DNA of 64,000 nt, taken from contig OZ038378.1 of NCBI GenBank assembly GCA_964036045.1, positions 13,206,001 to 13,270,000 of the forward strand, read 5' to 3'. The position numbers were made by a program, and so were the translations under genes. Numbering within the stretch: position 1 is the first letter of the stretch; the number at the start of each line of letters is the position of its first letter. The notes beneath the pieces were generated by a model. The model did not search any database. It was given only the letters and a program-made list of their open reading frames with translations, and was not told the DNA's origin. The stretch comes from Eutreptiella sp. 'Long Island Sound 2002'. Its lineage: Eukaryota > Protista > Euglenida. Shown piece after piece: positions 11,401 through 23,268 of this stretch.

Positions 11401-13853
11401 CATTGCGGGCTGATTCACTTTCACTACACACTCAGCAGCGGGAGGGGGCTTTGTACTCCAAGGACCATGGGAGCCGGGACACCTCTGTTCAAGGCCTTGT
11501 AGTTTTCCATTTGCTGGATACTCACGCCTGCATCCCAACACCCAACATCAAAACACGACTCTCTCTGATGGATTTATCCCATGTTTTCCATCCCCTTCGA
11601 TCAATTTCTCTTGGATAAGCCCCTCAAGTGTGCAGGAGCAATTTTCTGCCAGGAGTTTGTCGCTGCTTTTTCTGCCAGGAGTTTGTCGCTGCTGGAATCT
11701 TTGCCAATGGTCCCTGTACAGGCCTCGACCGTCTTACACCGATGATGACGCCGCTCCCTACGAACTGCTTCCGAGAGAGACAGAGAATGCACAACACTGG
11801 GGCAGTCAGGATGTTGTGCCAGACACTAAGCGCCCGTCTGAAGCAGTGCCTTTTGTTCGAGCTGCAGGACATCCTGCAGCGGCCACGGAGAACCAACCAC
11901 TGAACAGCCGGTACTGTTTCCTACCCTGCTGTGCTTTGCTCGCCCGCCATTCCGCTGATATTTGTGGGACTGTGCACATGGACTGGCTATTTATGAAAAT
12001 GAAATGCCGGGCAGCTGTGCAGACCTTGTGCCTGCAGGCATATTGGTTGTAGAAGTCCAGTTGTGTTGTGGTCATGCAAAGCCCCCTCACCCCCTTGCAC
12101 AACTGCGGTTGTCTAAGCATGGCGACCTCCTGGTACTGTCGTTTTTGGGGGCAATTTGGGACCGTTGTTCTTGTGGTCCCAAGTGCAAGTCAACATCCTT
12201 TTTGTCTGAGTGTACTGGTAAAGAGGGGCGGGTTGATGGTTGTGAGGGTTGTATGTGGGCGTGCCAATATTTTGGTCGACAGTTGTGGGCACTGTTTCAT
12301 ATTTGAAACTGATTTTTCGTAATGATTACTGATGTTGTTTGCCGCATCGCTGTCACATATGTCCGGTCTAATGGGGATCTTCTGTCCTGCCACTACTGTT
12401 GGTTCCCCTAGTTATGGAGATTGATAGATTTTGCACATGGGAAATGGGCATGAGATGGAGCATGATGCACCATTTGATGGTGTTGTGCTCCCCATTCCCA
12501 TTCCCCCCAAATTTTTGCCAGGTGTTTTCGCTGATTTTAGGAAGCATCTGAGGAATGCCCCTCAATTGGGACATCATACACGGTGCATTACACCGTTTTA
12601 CCAGGTATCAGCAGTGTAAAATGTTTCTATGAACTGATGAGAGTGACATTTGAAGGTATGAGGTATTTTGAGAGGAACTTCTTGGGATTTTGAGCCTTTT
12701 TTCTTGGTCCTACTAGCTTGATCACCTAGTACTCAAGGGGGGAGTAAGAAAAAGTCACTAACCACGTCTTTTGTGGGGTACTTGATGCAGGCCAAGCGCC
12801 CCCTATTCTTTGGGAAGTATCTTAGACTAACATTTCAACTCTTTTTCATCCTTTTTGAAGCATTAAGCACACATTCCAACGTCACTAGGGTTATAACCCT
12901 AGCCCCCCATGAAGTTCACCCCTACCACTCAATGGAGCGGAGGTATCTTCCTTCATGGAGGTATATACCGAAATAAAGTAGGCACTTCATGCCTTTTTCC
13001 TTAAAGGTTAAGCCTAGTGGTCTCCCACCTCAGAACCTAGATACTCAAAAGTTTCATCTACTTATTGTGGTTCTATTTTGTAACTGTTTCTCAATTCAGT
13101 TGCTTGGCCAAGCTGGCCAAGCCATGTCCTATGTCTGGCCCAACCTACTTGCCCCAGATTCCTAACCAACTCCTTTACACACAAAACAGTGCACATCAAG
13201 TGCCGATTTCAGTTTACAATGCCTAATTGTTGTCAATTTTCATATTAAAACCATCTGCTTTTGTTTATAAATCACTGAAGCTTTGTATTTATGTCTGCAC
13301 TATCTTTTTGCAGCCCTATTGTGTTGGATTACATTCAATTGATCCTATTGTTGTGCTAGTGGACTTGCTCTTCTACTTTTGGAAGTAAAACGTGCAGGAT
13401 TTCATTTACGAAAACAACAACAAACACATGATCTTTCTGCTGTCCTACCCTGCACTGTGCTGTATAATGCTGTCTTGCCTTGTCCTTTCTCTCTCTTGCT
13501 GTGCTGTCATATTTCTTTTATTTTCTGTGCTCTGCCATCGAGTTCGGTCCTGTGCTGTGCTGTCCTGTCTTGTGCTATGCTTTTCTGTGGTTATGCTAGT
13601 TTGCTTGTATTCCAGGTATCGTTCAACAAGATATGTTCCCCCGAAGCCCGTACTCCATGGCCCTTACACCAAGATACCCGAGAGCCCTCAAACAAGCGCA
13701 CATCCCGGTTCTCACATCAAGCCATACTTGCACACCAATTACGGCCAAGTCAGAGGGCCATACACCAGCGCTCCACTGCGGCCATACGGGCACCATCTTC
13801 GAGGTGCAACTCCGTATACGGGCCCAGCGCAGAAGCGGCCACGCCTATCCTGA
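5457..13853 (+). CDS. Multi-exon gene: SAP-like (ARMET_C/RNF34-type) domain plus a PPxY-rich disordered tail ending in an NLS-like QKRPRLS. 5' end not found.
   Basis: Phase-consistent GT-AG chain 5663-5765, 6023-6096, 8262-8358, 9917-10160, 10881-10917, 11722-11910, 13616-13853(stop). Further candidate exons: ~5457-5545, 8697-8749, 8872-8935, from 9028. Confidence 0.75.
6023..6096 (+). CDS. Exon, N-terminal half of the SAP-like domain (VNLHAEVSSMSVRALMEELDNAGI)
   Basis: atgcag acceptor and gtattg donor; its phase 2 end joins 8262 to give NAGI-S-REGCVEKADL. Confidence 0.8.
8262..8358 (+). CDS. Exon, C-terminal half of the SAP-like domain (REGCVEKADLVAKLMDYKSIGRKCAESLNDPE)
   Basis: GCVEKxDLV motif; ctacag acceptor, gtgtgc donor. 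Confidence 0.8.
9917..10160 (+). CDS. Exon encoding clustered PY motifs (PYAP x3, PPPY x2, PPAY) among acidic residues
   Basis: ttttag acceptor, gtatgt donor; internally repeated tatgcacct.a.gat units. Confidence 0.8.
11133..11163. repeat. (CATGCC)n hexamer tract
   Basis: Directly visible. Confidence 0.8.
11722..11910 (+). CDS. Symmetric phase-2 exon (PRPSYTDDDAAPYELLPRE...NQPLNS)
   Basis: gtacag acceptor, gtactg donor; 189 nt, open, fits between exons 10881-10917 and 13616-13853. Confidence 0.7.
12700..13150 (-). mobile_element. Old LINE fragment inside an intron
   Basis: Minus-strand TFEYLG (RT motif 7-like) followed by LPKE*GALGL (GGLGL-like); many stops. Confidence 0.5.
13616..13853 (+). 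CDS. Probable terminal exon (YRSTRYVPPKP...GPY..KPY..GPY..RPY..TPY..QKRPRLS*)
   Basis: ttccag acceptor, phase 2, open to TGA. Confidence 0.7.
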
Positions 13854-15445
13854 GGCAGGCTGGTGCTGGGCTTCAGGTCTGTGGCCCGATTTCAGTTGTT
13901 CCCGACGAGTAGTAATTATTTGGGTGTTGTTTGTGTGGAAGAGCGTGATGCTGGCTGTCCATACTGAGTTCATGTGCAGATGACCCTCTGTCTGCACACC
14001 CTCTCCACAATTAGCGCAGATTTTCCGCACACCATTCACACACTACTTACAGCTGTCGACAACCCCCCACCTGTTCTATCTTAGAGGACATCATTCTCAA
14101 ATGGCTCCAAGGATGTACGTTTTTACGGTGGATGGAAAGGGTGCCGACCAATTTTGAGGCATATCCATGCGGAAGGAAATGATTCCCATGCGAGCCACTT
14201 TGATGCATCGCCGGGCTCAGGCCTGGCTTTTTATTGAGGAGATCACTTCCTTTGCAGTGCCAGTTGTGAGAGACAAACAGAGGGCGGGGTGCTTGTTACC
14301 TGGCTGGCAAAACAAAGGTCTAGAACGGGGGGGGGGGGGGCGGGGCGTTATTATTGTTTTTTCGGGGGCGTTCACCCTTTCACCCTCACCCCGATGAACG
14401 CACTAGTATCCCTAACATCTGACCCCATCTCTCATGCCATCAACAGTAGTGCAATCAGCTTCCCTTGCCCTCTGGCCGCCGTGAAATCGATATCGCAGTA
14501 CTCAACACAAGAAGGGCGCAACCATCATTGACACTGTCACTCTGAAGAACTGCATTCCTACACAGGAGGTCCGGTACGCCCGGGGAGCATCTGTCTCCGT
14601 CTTTTCCTGGACCACATCTGTGGCACACTGCAAGTCTGGCCACCTTCAAGTCTCAGCACACCTTTGCCTGCCCATGCACGCAGTCCAGTGCAAGCTTCGT
14701 AGTAGCCGCAACCTCGTCGCCTTTCCTCCTTCAGCCTGAATACTGAATACTGAATACTGCGGTGTTTACAAAGGGACTTTTGCATCTTACCTACCTGCCT
14801 AACCGCACGCTACGCTTGAGAGGGGCGATACAGGGTGTCTGCCTTCATTTTTGCCTGCTGGTCGTGGTCCTTTGCGGCTAAAGCTTTTTGTTGTGAAGAC
14901 GCCCTGTTCGCCATGCAACCAGTCTGCATGCACCCTTTCACTGACTCCGACCCATCCGCAAGTACTGTTTTTTTGTGTTGATGATATTGCAAGGGCAGAG
15001 GAACAGATCCGGTATGCATGACCCAACATGCCGTCGTCTTGGCCAGCAGGAGTGGTGCTCCTTCCCCCAAAAAATCCGTGTTGCAGGCGGGCTTTGTCTC
15101 AGACACATTTGGCCCTGGTGGTCAACAAACCAAGCAACAAGTGGACAATGACAGCTGCTTCCATGAACTGCAGTAAATATTCGGTCGGCTAAGGGGCTGC
15201 AGATGTGCAGACCAGTAGCTCTGTAAGAGACATATGATGCATGCCGTATAAAAGGGGCGTGGGGTTTCAACTCTCAGCTGCAGTGTCTCGTTTTTACTGC
15301 GGGGTGGGGGCATGCATGGGTGGGTGCGTGGGGATACGGGGGGCGTTTGGCGTGTCCAACAGGGCAAAGGAGGCCGTAGCGCCAAGAAAAGGGGGAGGAG
15401 GCCGTTTTGGTCAGCTTATGAGCGCATATGATGACAGTAGTACAG

Positions 15446-17040
15446 TATGCCAAGGATCCCAGCCCCTGTTTACCCTATGTACGACTCCCCACCCCCCACC
15501 CCGAATCAGGGCCCATATTCCCCTGTACCCCCCCCCCCGATTTGTTAGCCCGAGTAGTCACGGACCTTGGTGGACCTCAGCAAGCCCTGTGTGCAGCACA
15601 ACACCCTGACCTTTCAATGGACAAGTTGTGTTCACTATGAGAGAAACGAACGCGCGGTGCGCGTGGGGTGCGCACGGTTTGGTGCGCGTTGTTCTATGAA
15701 CACACCATTTTTCATTTATTCACAGGGGGTTTTAAACACCACCCTCCCACAAGCATAAGTAGAGCTTGTTGGAGGGCAGCGGGATCGAAACTTTGCGATC
15801 ACCCACCTCCTTGCGCACGGGGAGGCACACCTGGAGACAGTCGCCCCTGAGAATGATGGGCGTGGAGTTGTGAGCCCGACACCGCAGAATTCAAGGTGCT
15901 GAATCTCTTTTTTACCCCATTTATTACCTTCACCTCTTCGGTCCGTTGCACTACAACTCACATCATCAGCGGACCCGTCATCCACATTGGGGACATCCCT
16001 TACTTCTGCTGAGGAGGAGGGTGAAGAGAATGACGAGGAGTACTCCAACCAAAGGGCACCTTACGCGAATAAGCAACCCGTGAGGTTCGGACTGCGAAAC
16101 ATGTCGAAACGAATGGTCCGCAGGCTTGGGCACCCTGTGGGGCACCCTCTTCAGTGCGGGCCATGCCGAGGAGGTCTCTTTGTGCTCAACGCCCCCTCCC
16201 CCCCCCGGCAGCGGGTGTGGGCAGCTACAACCACCATGACATTGGTGAGAAGGCAGAGTGGAGGCCTCCGTGGTTGCATGCTAACCCCTTAGGCTACCGC
16301 GTCCCTACCACCCTGAAAATCTGCCAAGAATGCGTAAAACACAGACCAAAAACAAGCGCACGGTGCAATGCGCGGTGCAATGCGCAGTGCGCGCGGTGCG
16401 TTTGTTTCTATGTGGGCGTTACCTACAACCATCCCCTTTCTTTGCCACAACAACACCAAGAACAACATTGGCTGCAACACCACCTGTATCCTAGTCAAAC
16501 ACTGATGTTACCCCTGCCAAGAGAAGCCACCTGTGGAACCAAGACAGCCTGCACTTGACCTATTGCGGCATGATGATGTGAAGAACCATTACGGAAACAA
16601 CTGGAAGAGGTTGCGTCAATGTGTTTGCCTGCCCTCACCAAATATAAACGGATTCAGTGAAATTTCCCCCAAGATTCGGCTTGGGGGTTGCATATATGAT
16701 ATAATTTTGGGATAGGCCATGTCCAGGCCCCAAGCTCAAGCTCCATTTCATTTCGGAGCCATGAACGTGGCGCAGACCACTGTGTTATATGATGTGCACT
16801 GTATGGCACCTCTACAGGCTTGTGGGCATGGTGGTAGGGTGCGATTATTCGTGGCGTAGCACGAATTGCCCAAACAGTATCAGACCGAAGTCGCCCGATG
16901 CCATTTTCCTCATGCGACCCACCTGAGCCCCTGAGATCTGTCTGAACTGCAGTCTCGTTTCCAGAAGATTCAGGCCCCTGATTCCCCCAGCTCTCACAGA
17001 GACAATGAGCGGCGGAACGGGCTGCTGGACTCGTGCTGAC
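15446..17040 (+). CDS. Unresolved cluster of candidate exons; best supported is 15970-16079 (DPSSTLGTSLTSAEEEGEENDEEYSNQRAPYANKQP)
   Basis: catcag acceptor and gtgagg donor at 15970-16079. Protein-like frames at 15447 (MPRIPAPVYPMYDSPPPTPNQGPYSP), ~16520 (EKPPVEPRQPALDLLRHDDVKNHYGNNWKRLRQ) and ~16935 (DLSELQSRFQKIQAPDSP). No full chain was established. Confidence 0.45.
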
Positions 17041-18599
17041 CGCCATCTAATTAGTTAACTGATCTGTACGATCCGTGCTGCAGATGCGCTCAGGGCTGCT
17101 GACGGGTTACATTGCCTGTTGCTCTGGTCTACAAAGGGAGAGTGTCCGCATGGGCCACTGGGTGTGTGATTGCAGGGGGGGAAGTCCAGAATCATCCTCA
17201 GTGTCTGTGAATGGCATAGTGATGACAGGGATTCCCCTACACTTCACCCTTGCGGACTATCCCCTCGATATGGTGCCTATGCTCCAATCTGACGCATATG
17301 CACATGCCCTGAGAGGTTTTGTTGGGTCCACCGCCTGCCGCTGCTGCACAGGGTTTGTCTACCAAGGAGCAGGGGCCTTGCTCTTTTGACTTTCAAGCTA
17401 TTTGCAAACGAACATAGTCCACCACAGTGTAGTTCCGTCCGTTCCTCCCAATAGACCTGCCGCCCCTTCGGTGCCATGTACACCGGGGAGTTGCCCTGTG
17501 GCTGATATACGCACCGTCGCCCCCCGTGTCAATGGACCCAGCCCTTCGAAAGAAGAATCATGCCCCCCCCCCAAGAATTTTTCACCAAATAACACAAAAA
17601 TTACGTGTTTTTGCCGGTTTTCTTGGTTCTACAGTGTGATGTGATGCGCACACAAAATTTTTGTGTCCATATGCAGGTATGAGTTGAGGTCATACCTGTT
17701 TCACGTCCAGTTGCAGTTGTCAAGGAATGTTGTAGTTGTCTGGGGTTACGGTGAGGAACTTCCAAAGGGGTTTGAGGCTGTGGCAGAGCTTAGCAGGTTG
17801 CACGATAGCTTAATGTTACACCATTTCGCAGAACCCTTGCTGTCGCTTGCACCCCAAAAACCAAACGGATCATATTGGGCTCTTAGTGTGTGCAACATGC
17901 ATGGCAAAGTAACACGCACCCACACATATGCAAGACGACACAAGGTCAAAAAAGTGCAAAAAAAAGTGGCCAACGTGAGCTCTACAACCATCACAAAGAT
18001 GCAAGCGGAACAAAGCATACATCCAAGCCATGGTCGAAGTGATGGCACAGGTCAGAAAATGCTTGCACAAAGAATTTTTCTAGGTTTTCGAGTATAATTA
18101 GAGTCAATAGAACCCCCATGCGCATGTCAATGGACCCCCCCCTCGAAAAAAGAAACATGGCCCGGGCCATTGCCATGCGCGGGTGATGGTAGTGATCCCC
18201 CCAGTTGTTGTCCAACTCACGGGAACACCATCACTCCATGATGCTGGGCCCATTTGGGTGCACCCTGTCTAAACTGACATCCAAATCTGGGCTTATCTTG
18301 AGAGCACAATTGGGCACATGGTGTGGAGATGAAAAAAAGTGTATGCCCATGGGGGGCTTACATGTCGGGCTGGACCCCCCCCCCCCCGGCTTCCTTTGGA
18401 ACCCCCCAACCCACATCAATTTGTGGCAATAGGGAATAGCTAATTTGGCCACCAAAGGCGTCCGGAAAATTTTTTTGCCTGTGGTGGAAGGGTCAGAAAA
18501 TTGGTTCCACCCAATGTTTATACCCAGATGCTCCAATTTGAATTGTGAGTTCAAATCTCTCATTTTCCCCCACCACCTTTGCCTGGGGTTATGTCGCTA

Positions 18600-18725
18600 T
18601 ATTGATTTCTCCCCACCATAGGGACCCGAGGAGGTAGGCATTATGTAGCCATGTTGATTTCTCCCCACCACGGGGACCCTGAGACGGGAGGGGTTATGTA
18701 GCAATTGATTTCCCCCCACTATGGT
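18600..18725. repeat. ~52-bp tandem repeat, about 2.5 copies
   Basis: ttgatttctccccacca.(n)ttatgtagc recurs three times. Confidence 0.7.
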
Positions 18726-21700
18726 TCGACTTTGATGTGGAGCAGCCTGTTAGGTGGTTTGCAACATATGAAGAAGCTTTGCCGCATCCCAAACCTGCCC
18801 TAAGGGAGCCTAGTGCCCAAGCTAAGGCATTGGCTAAGGATGTTCAAGCAAGCAAGGGAGTAGACAATGGCAAGGAGTGGCCTAACCCACTACAAGGATT
18901 GTGGTTATCCCAAGCCCAAGTGCAGTTGTGAGTGAGCTGTGGGCCACCCTATCACCCGGCCTCATTGAGTTGTTCATACACATATATAATGCAATTTGTA
19001 TTTATATTTGTATGTGTAGATGAAAGGAAGGAGCAGCGGAGGAAGGATCGCACACAAAGAATGGGATAAAAACCATTCTTGCACTGTTGCTTGCTGGGTG
19101 CATATGTTGGTTGAATTTTGCATCTGCCGGAAAACCTCACATTTTTTATTTGTGATGAGGGGATCTTCCTGCCTGACTAGGCAGCCTTTTTGTCCGCTCA
19201 AACTGTGAGACTGCTTGTATGAGCAAGATCCGGCAACAGCCAAGCTGCTGGTATGAAATACATTTTGCAACAGCTAGGCTGCCCATAGAAGAGGGATTTC
19301 CCAATGGCTAGGTGCAGCACCTAGGCTTCTGGTGAAAGAAGGATATTGCGGGGACACATATCCCATCTACTTTGTCCCCAGCCAAATTTTGGGTCAACAT
19401 TGGCTGGGTCAGTGGATGAGTGTGTTAGTTTCCACAAGCTTTCACTCCTCGTTTTCGGACAGCTTGCAACCGGCCTTTCCTAGAATGTTTTCTCAGCCTA
19501 TTTGCGATGGTCCACCTTATTATCAAGGGTGTAATCTCTCGTGCGCATTAATTCATAGATGAAAATCAAGTTTTTGTCGCTATTGGCTTTTCCTTCTAAA
19601 TTTCTGATCACCTGTCACTTGCCGAAGCTAGTCGATTGTATTTCTGGGAAAGCAAAAAGGGCGTTTTGATTGACAACATGACACTTTGCTTGATTCACAG
19701 GAGGAAGACCAAGACACACCACGTGAAGGGGAAGGAGATGTTAAAATGGAATGCTGTGGGAACTAGCAGCAGCAGAATCCTTAGACGTTGCAGAAACCAT
19801 TGGCAGTGCCAAGTTGTGGGACAGTGACAGTAGCAGCTTGCCATACACCGTTCCATGCATTGATTGATGAATTGTTGGCCATACATGAGGCACAATGTCC
19901 AATTAGTGAAGGACCTTACAAGTTGGACAACCCCCATTGCAGAATTTCAAATGTTCGAAATGTTTAGAGTTCCCCAATTGCAAGGGAATCTGTTGTTGCA
20001 ACCACAGCATGCAGAAGCAGCTTAGCAGCTGAGAAGGCAAGCTTAAGTAGTGGGCGTAGGTCACGGGGGCTGTGGCCTTGTACAAAGATGTGATGGCATC
20101 AAAAAGGACCTAGCCTCGCAAAAGACATGGTCAGCACAAGTATCGTGCAGCAAGACTTTAGAGTGGCCCAATGGCATCCCTTTGGCAGATTCAAAGCGTC
20201 ATCTGTGCATGGGGTTTTGCATGGGTTGGGATCCACACCAGGAGCCTTTTGGTGTAGCTAAAGGGAAGCACCAACAAGACTTTCTCAATCTTCTCCATGG
20301 AGTGTCGGAGCGCTACGGAGGCGTCAACGATCTTCTTTATTGATACCTCCACAACCTTCTCCACTCGCCCCCCCCCCCCCCTGGTGCAAGCACGCCACGG
20401 TCCCAGAAAACCAGGCAAAACAGCGCTTCGACGCCCACCTTTTGCTGAGACAAGGCCATCATGGGCATCAGGGGCTATGGAATAGAAGCCCTTTCCAACC
20501 TTGCGCCTCACCTTAAACAAGTGCACACATTTGTCCTTTTGGCTTGCCTTGAGGGTCAGGAATGGGTTGGCCTTCCTATTGTCCGGCACGAAATATCATT
20601 CACAGCATCCAATCCCATCCAAACAAACAGCATTGGGTTGCGACGTGTGGCAGAAGGTTTTCCGGTCCCAGGTCCGTGGGGCTCTAGCTCTTCCTCAGGC
20701 CGGCCGTTGCCCGTTTGAAATGGCTCTTTGCACTGAAAACAGGGTCAAAAGTAAGCAAGAGTACAAATAATTGAAAGCAGGTTCCAGCCTCGACAGTTCA
20801 AAAATCCACATTTCCAAGACCAAGTTTTTTGATATTGTGGCCAGTCACACCGATTCAAGCCAGTTTTGAAGTGGGCATGCGTCCCAAGAAAAAATTGAGC
20901 ATTTTGAGCATAAACATATGGGGTGACGGGTTTTACCACCATTTAAACATTTTGGCCCCTGGGAGGGAGAGGGGGAGGTTGGGGGGTCGGGGGCTGCACC
21001 TAGGCGCCCCCAGTACACGCCCCAATCACATTGCCAGCACCAAGACTTTGGTGCTCACAGGGTGTGGATGCCGCCATCCGTTGGTCAACCTCCCCGACGT
21101 CATTGTGGAAGAATAATGGGGGTTGAGAAGGCACAATTTGTACAACCGGTTCTCATTTTGTGGCCACATTGATCTTTCCAAGATGGGGACAGATGCGGAC
21201 AAATGTCGTCCGTTGAACAAACATGCTCACTAGTTTAGCTTTTGTGCTGATGCTCAAGAAGGTAGGGGTTATGTTGCTATTAGAGGCGGTAAGGGTTCTC
21301 CTTTGCTTCCATTACATCAAACCATCCATGCTTTGAGCGCCAAATTCACATGACAAGGCGCTACACGGGGAGCACTTGACGCGGCACGCGCGTGCGGCGC
21401 GGGGATTTAGTGGTCCGGGGAAGCAGGGAGCTGCAGCTTATGCCCCGGGGGCCCCTTGTCTAGGGGTTTTGAGCCTAGTCTGTGATATTGTGGAGTTGCA
21501 CAACTACACTAAGTTTGTCCATCAAACCGTCCATGCTTTGAGCGCCAGATCATGCAAGACGAGGCGCAATACAAATGTATGTTGTATGTCTTTGTTCCCA
21601 CCCTTTAGTTGCACGCGCAGTACGACTAGTTGGCCGCACACAATGGCGGGGGGAGGGAGTCTTGGCCCGCCATAGCCATAAGGCACTCACAAGTAGTGTC

Positions 21701-23268
21701 GGCCAACTAGTAGAGCCTCAAAAGGCCACCACACGTAGGAGTGGGTGCGAAACGCGAAATGGTACGAAACAAGTGCCTCATGGGACTAGGCATCCCATGA
21801 GATGGTGTTACAAAACGCGAAACGGTTGAAACGGCCTCAGAGGCTTGGGCACACTGTGGGGCACTCTCTTTGGTGTTGGGCCGTGCCAAATATGAACAGC
21901 GAGAACAATCAGCCGGAGCCCCTCTTTCCCCTTACAACTACTTCGCAAACACCGAATGAAAACATTTGGGACCGAACAAAAAACTGTGGTCCAAAAAAAT
22001 CCCAAAACAGCGGTTCAACACTGGTGTGTGCTTAGACAGGGCTCTGCTTGTGCAAGAGGGAGGGGTGGTCCCTCCACAACCTTCTCCATGGTACCTCCAC
22101 GGCATTCTATTCCAGTGGAACTTCCACTGGAACTGGACTTGCTAGTGGTGGAGAAGATTGTGTCTGGGGAGGTAGAGGGGGTGCACCGGACCAAGGCTAT
22201 CCATGCGTAGTATAGGACAGAGTCACTTGAGCATCTTTCGATCTTCACTTCTACATTTTGTTTGCAGCTATTGGTGATTAGCTGCTGAGCGACAACGCCC
22301 TGTTGCGAGTGAAGAACACGTTAATCAAGAGGATAGGGCAAAGGAAAATGAAGAGGTGGCGGCGGAGAACAGGGAAGGTGGGTCGCAAGACAAAGTTGAT
22401 TGACTCATCGCTCTTTCCAGGCTTGTTGTCGATGAGCAAACACAGAGTGGCGCAGGGTGGCAATTAAGCCAGGGAGGTTAGTGATCAACCAACGGTGGTT
22501 GTCGGTGGATTGAAAGGGGATTAACTGCTGCCGGTTGGGTGGAGAAATGGGTTTTCTTGTTTTCAGTACATAGGCTATGTTATGCCCACAGACAGGCTTT
22601 CTAGTACTTTGATCACACCTGCCCCAACCCTTTCTCCCCCCTTCCAATCACAAAACTGTGGGAGGGGGCGGTCCAGGAGATTTACACTCTCAGAATTCAT
22701 TCTCACCTTGTGTTATGTTATGACGCTTCCCCTCTGTTGTTCCTGGCTTTTACTGATGAAGTGGAGAGCCAACAGGTTCCCCAAAGGTCATTTAGTGAGT
22801 GCCCAGGGAGAGGCCCACTAAGGTATCTGGGAGAGGTGATCGCATGATTGGAGTGCGTCAAAGATTCACTGGCTCTGCGTGTTGTTTGGACCTTGCAATT
22901 CCACTGGGGAGCACAACGGCACGGCAGCACAACGGCAGGGTGTTGGCGTTTAGGCATTCTTGTCAGTATGGCTATCGGAGCTCGTAGGCGGCAGTGATGT
23001 TCTTTTACCTTTGCCCTCCACCATTCTGAGAGGCAGTTGTTTGTATGCCTACACGCGTACCTTCATGAGGAAAATTTAGAGACGAGCTCGAAATGGCATC
23101 TTTTGACAGATGCCAAGCATCCATCTATCTAGCAAGGGTCCAGGACAGTCCAGAGCCGTCGGGTCACGGTCAAAAGGGTGCAGAAAGGAATGTAGAAAAC
23201 TGGCGCATCGGCAGCCAGGGGGTGTGTGCCACGGGTATCTGATTCCCTGCGTTCGTTTCAACACAGCT

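Noticed and set aside
14799-15106. Minus-strand gene suggested by two open frames and a GTAAG donor
   Set aside because: Both frames stop before the donor and no exon chain or domain could be built.
20050-20330. DIRS/LTR-type RT fragment (HPFG)
   Set aside because: Only a single short motif is present, with no YxDD or other supporting motifs.
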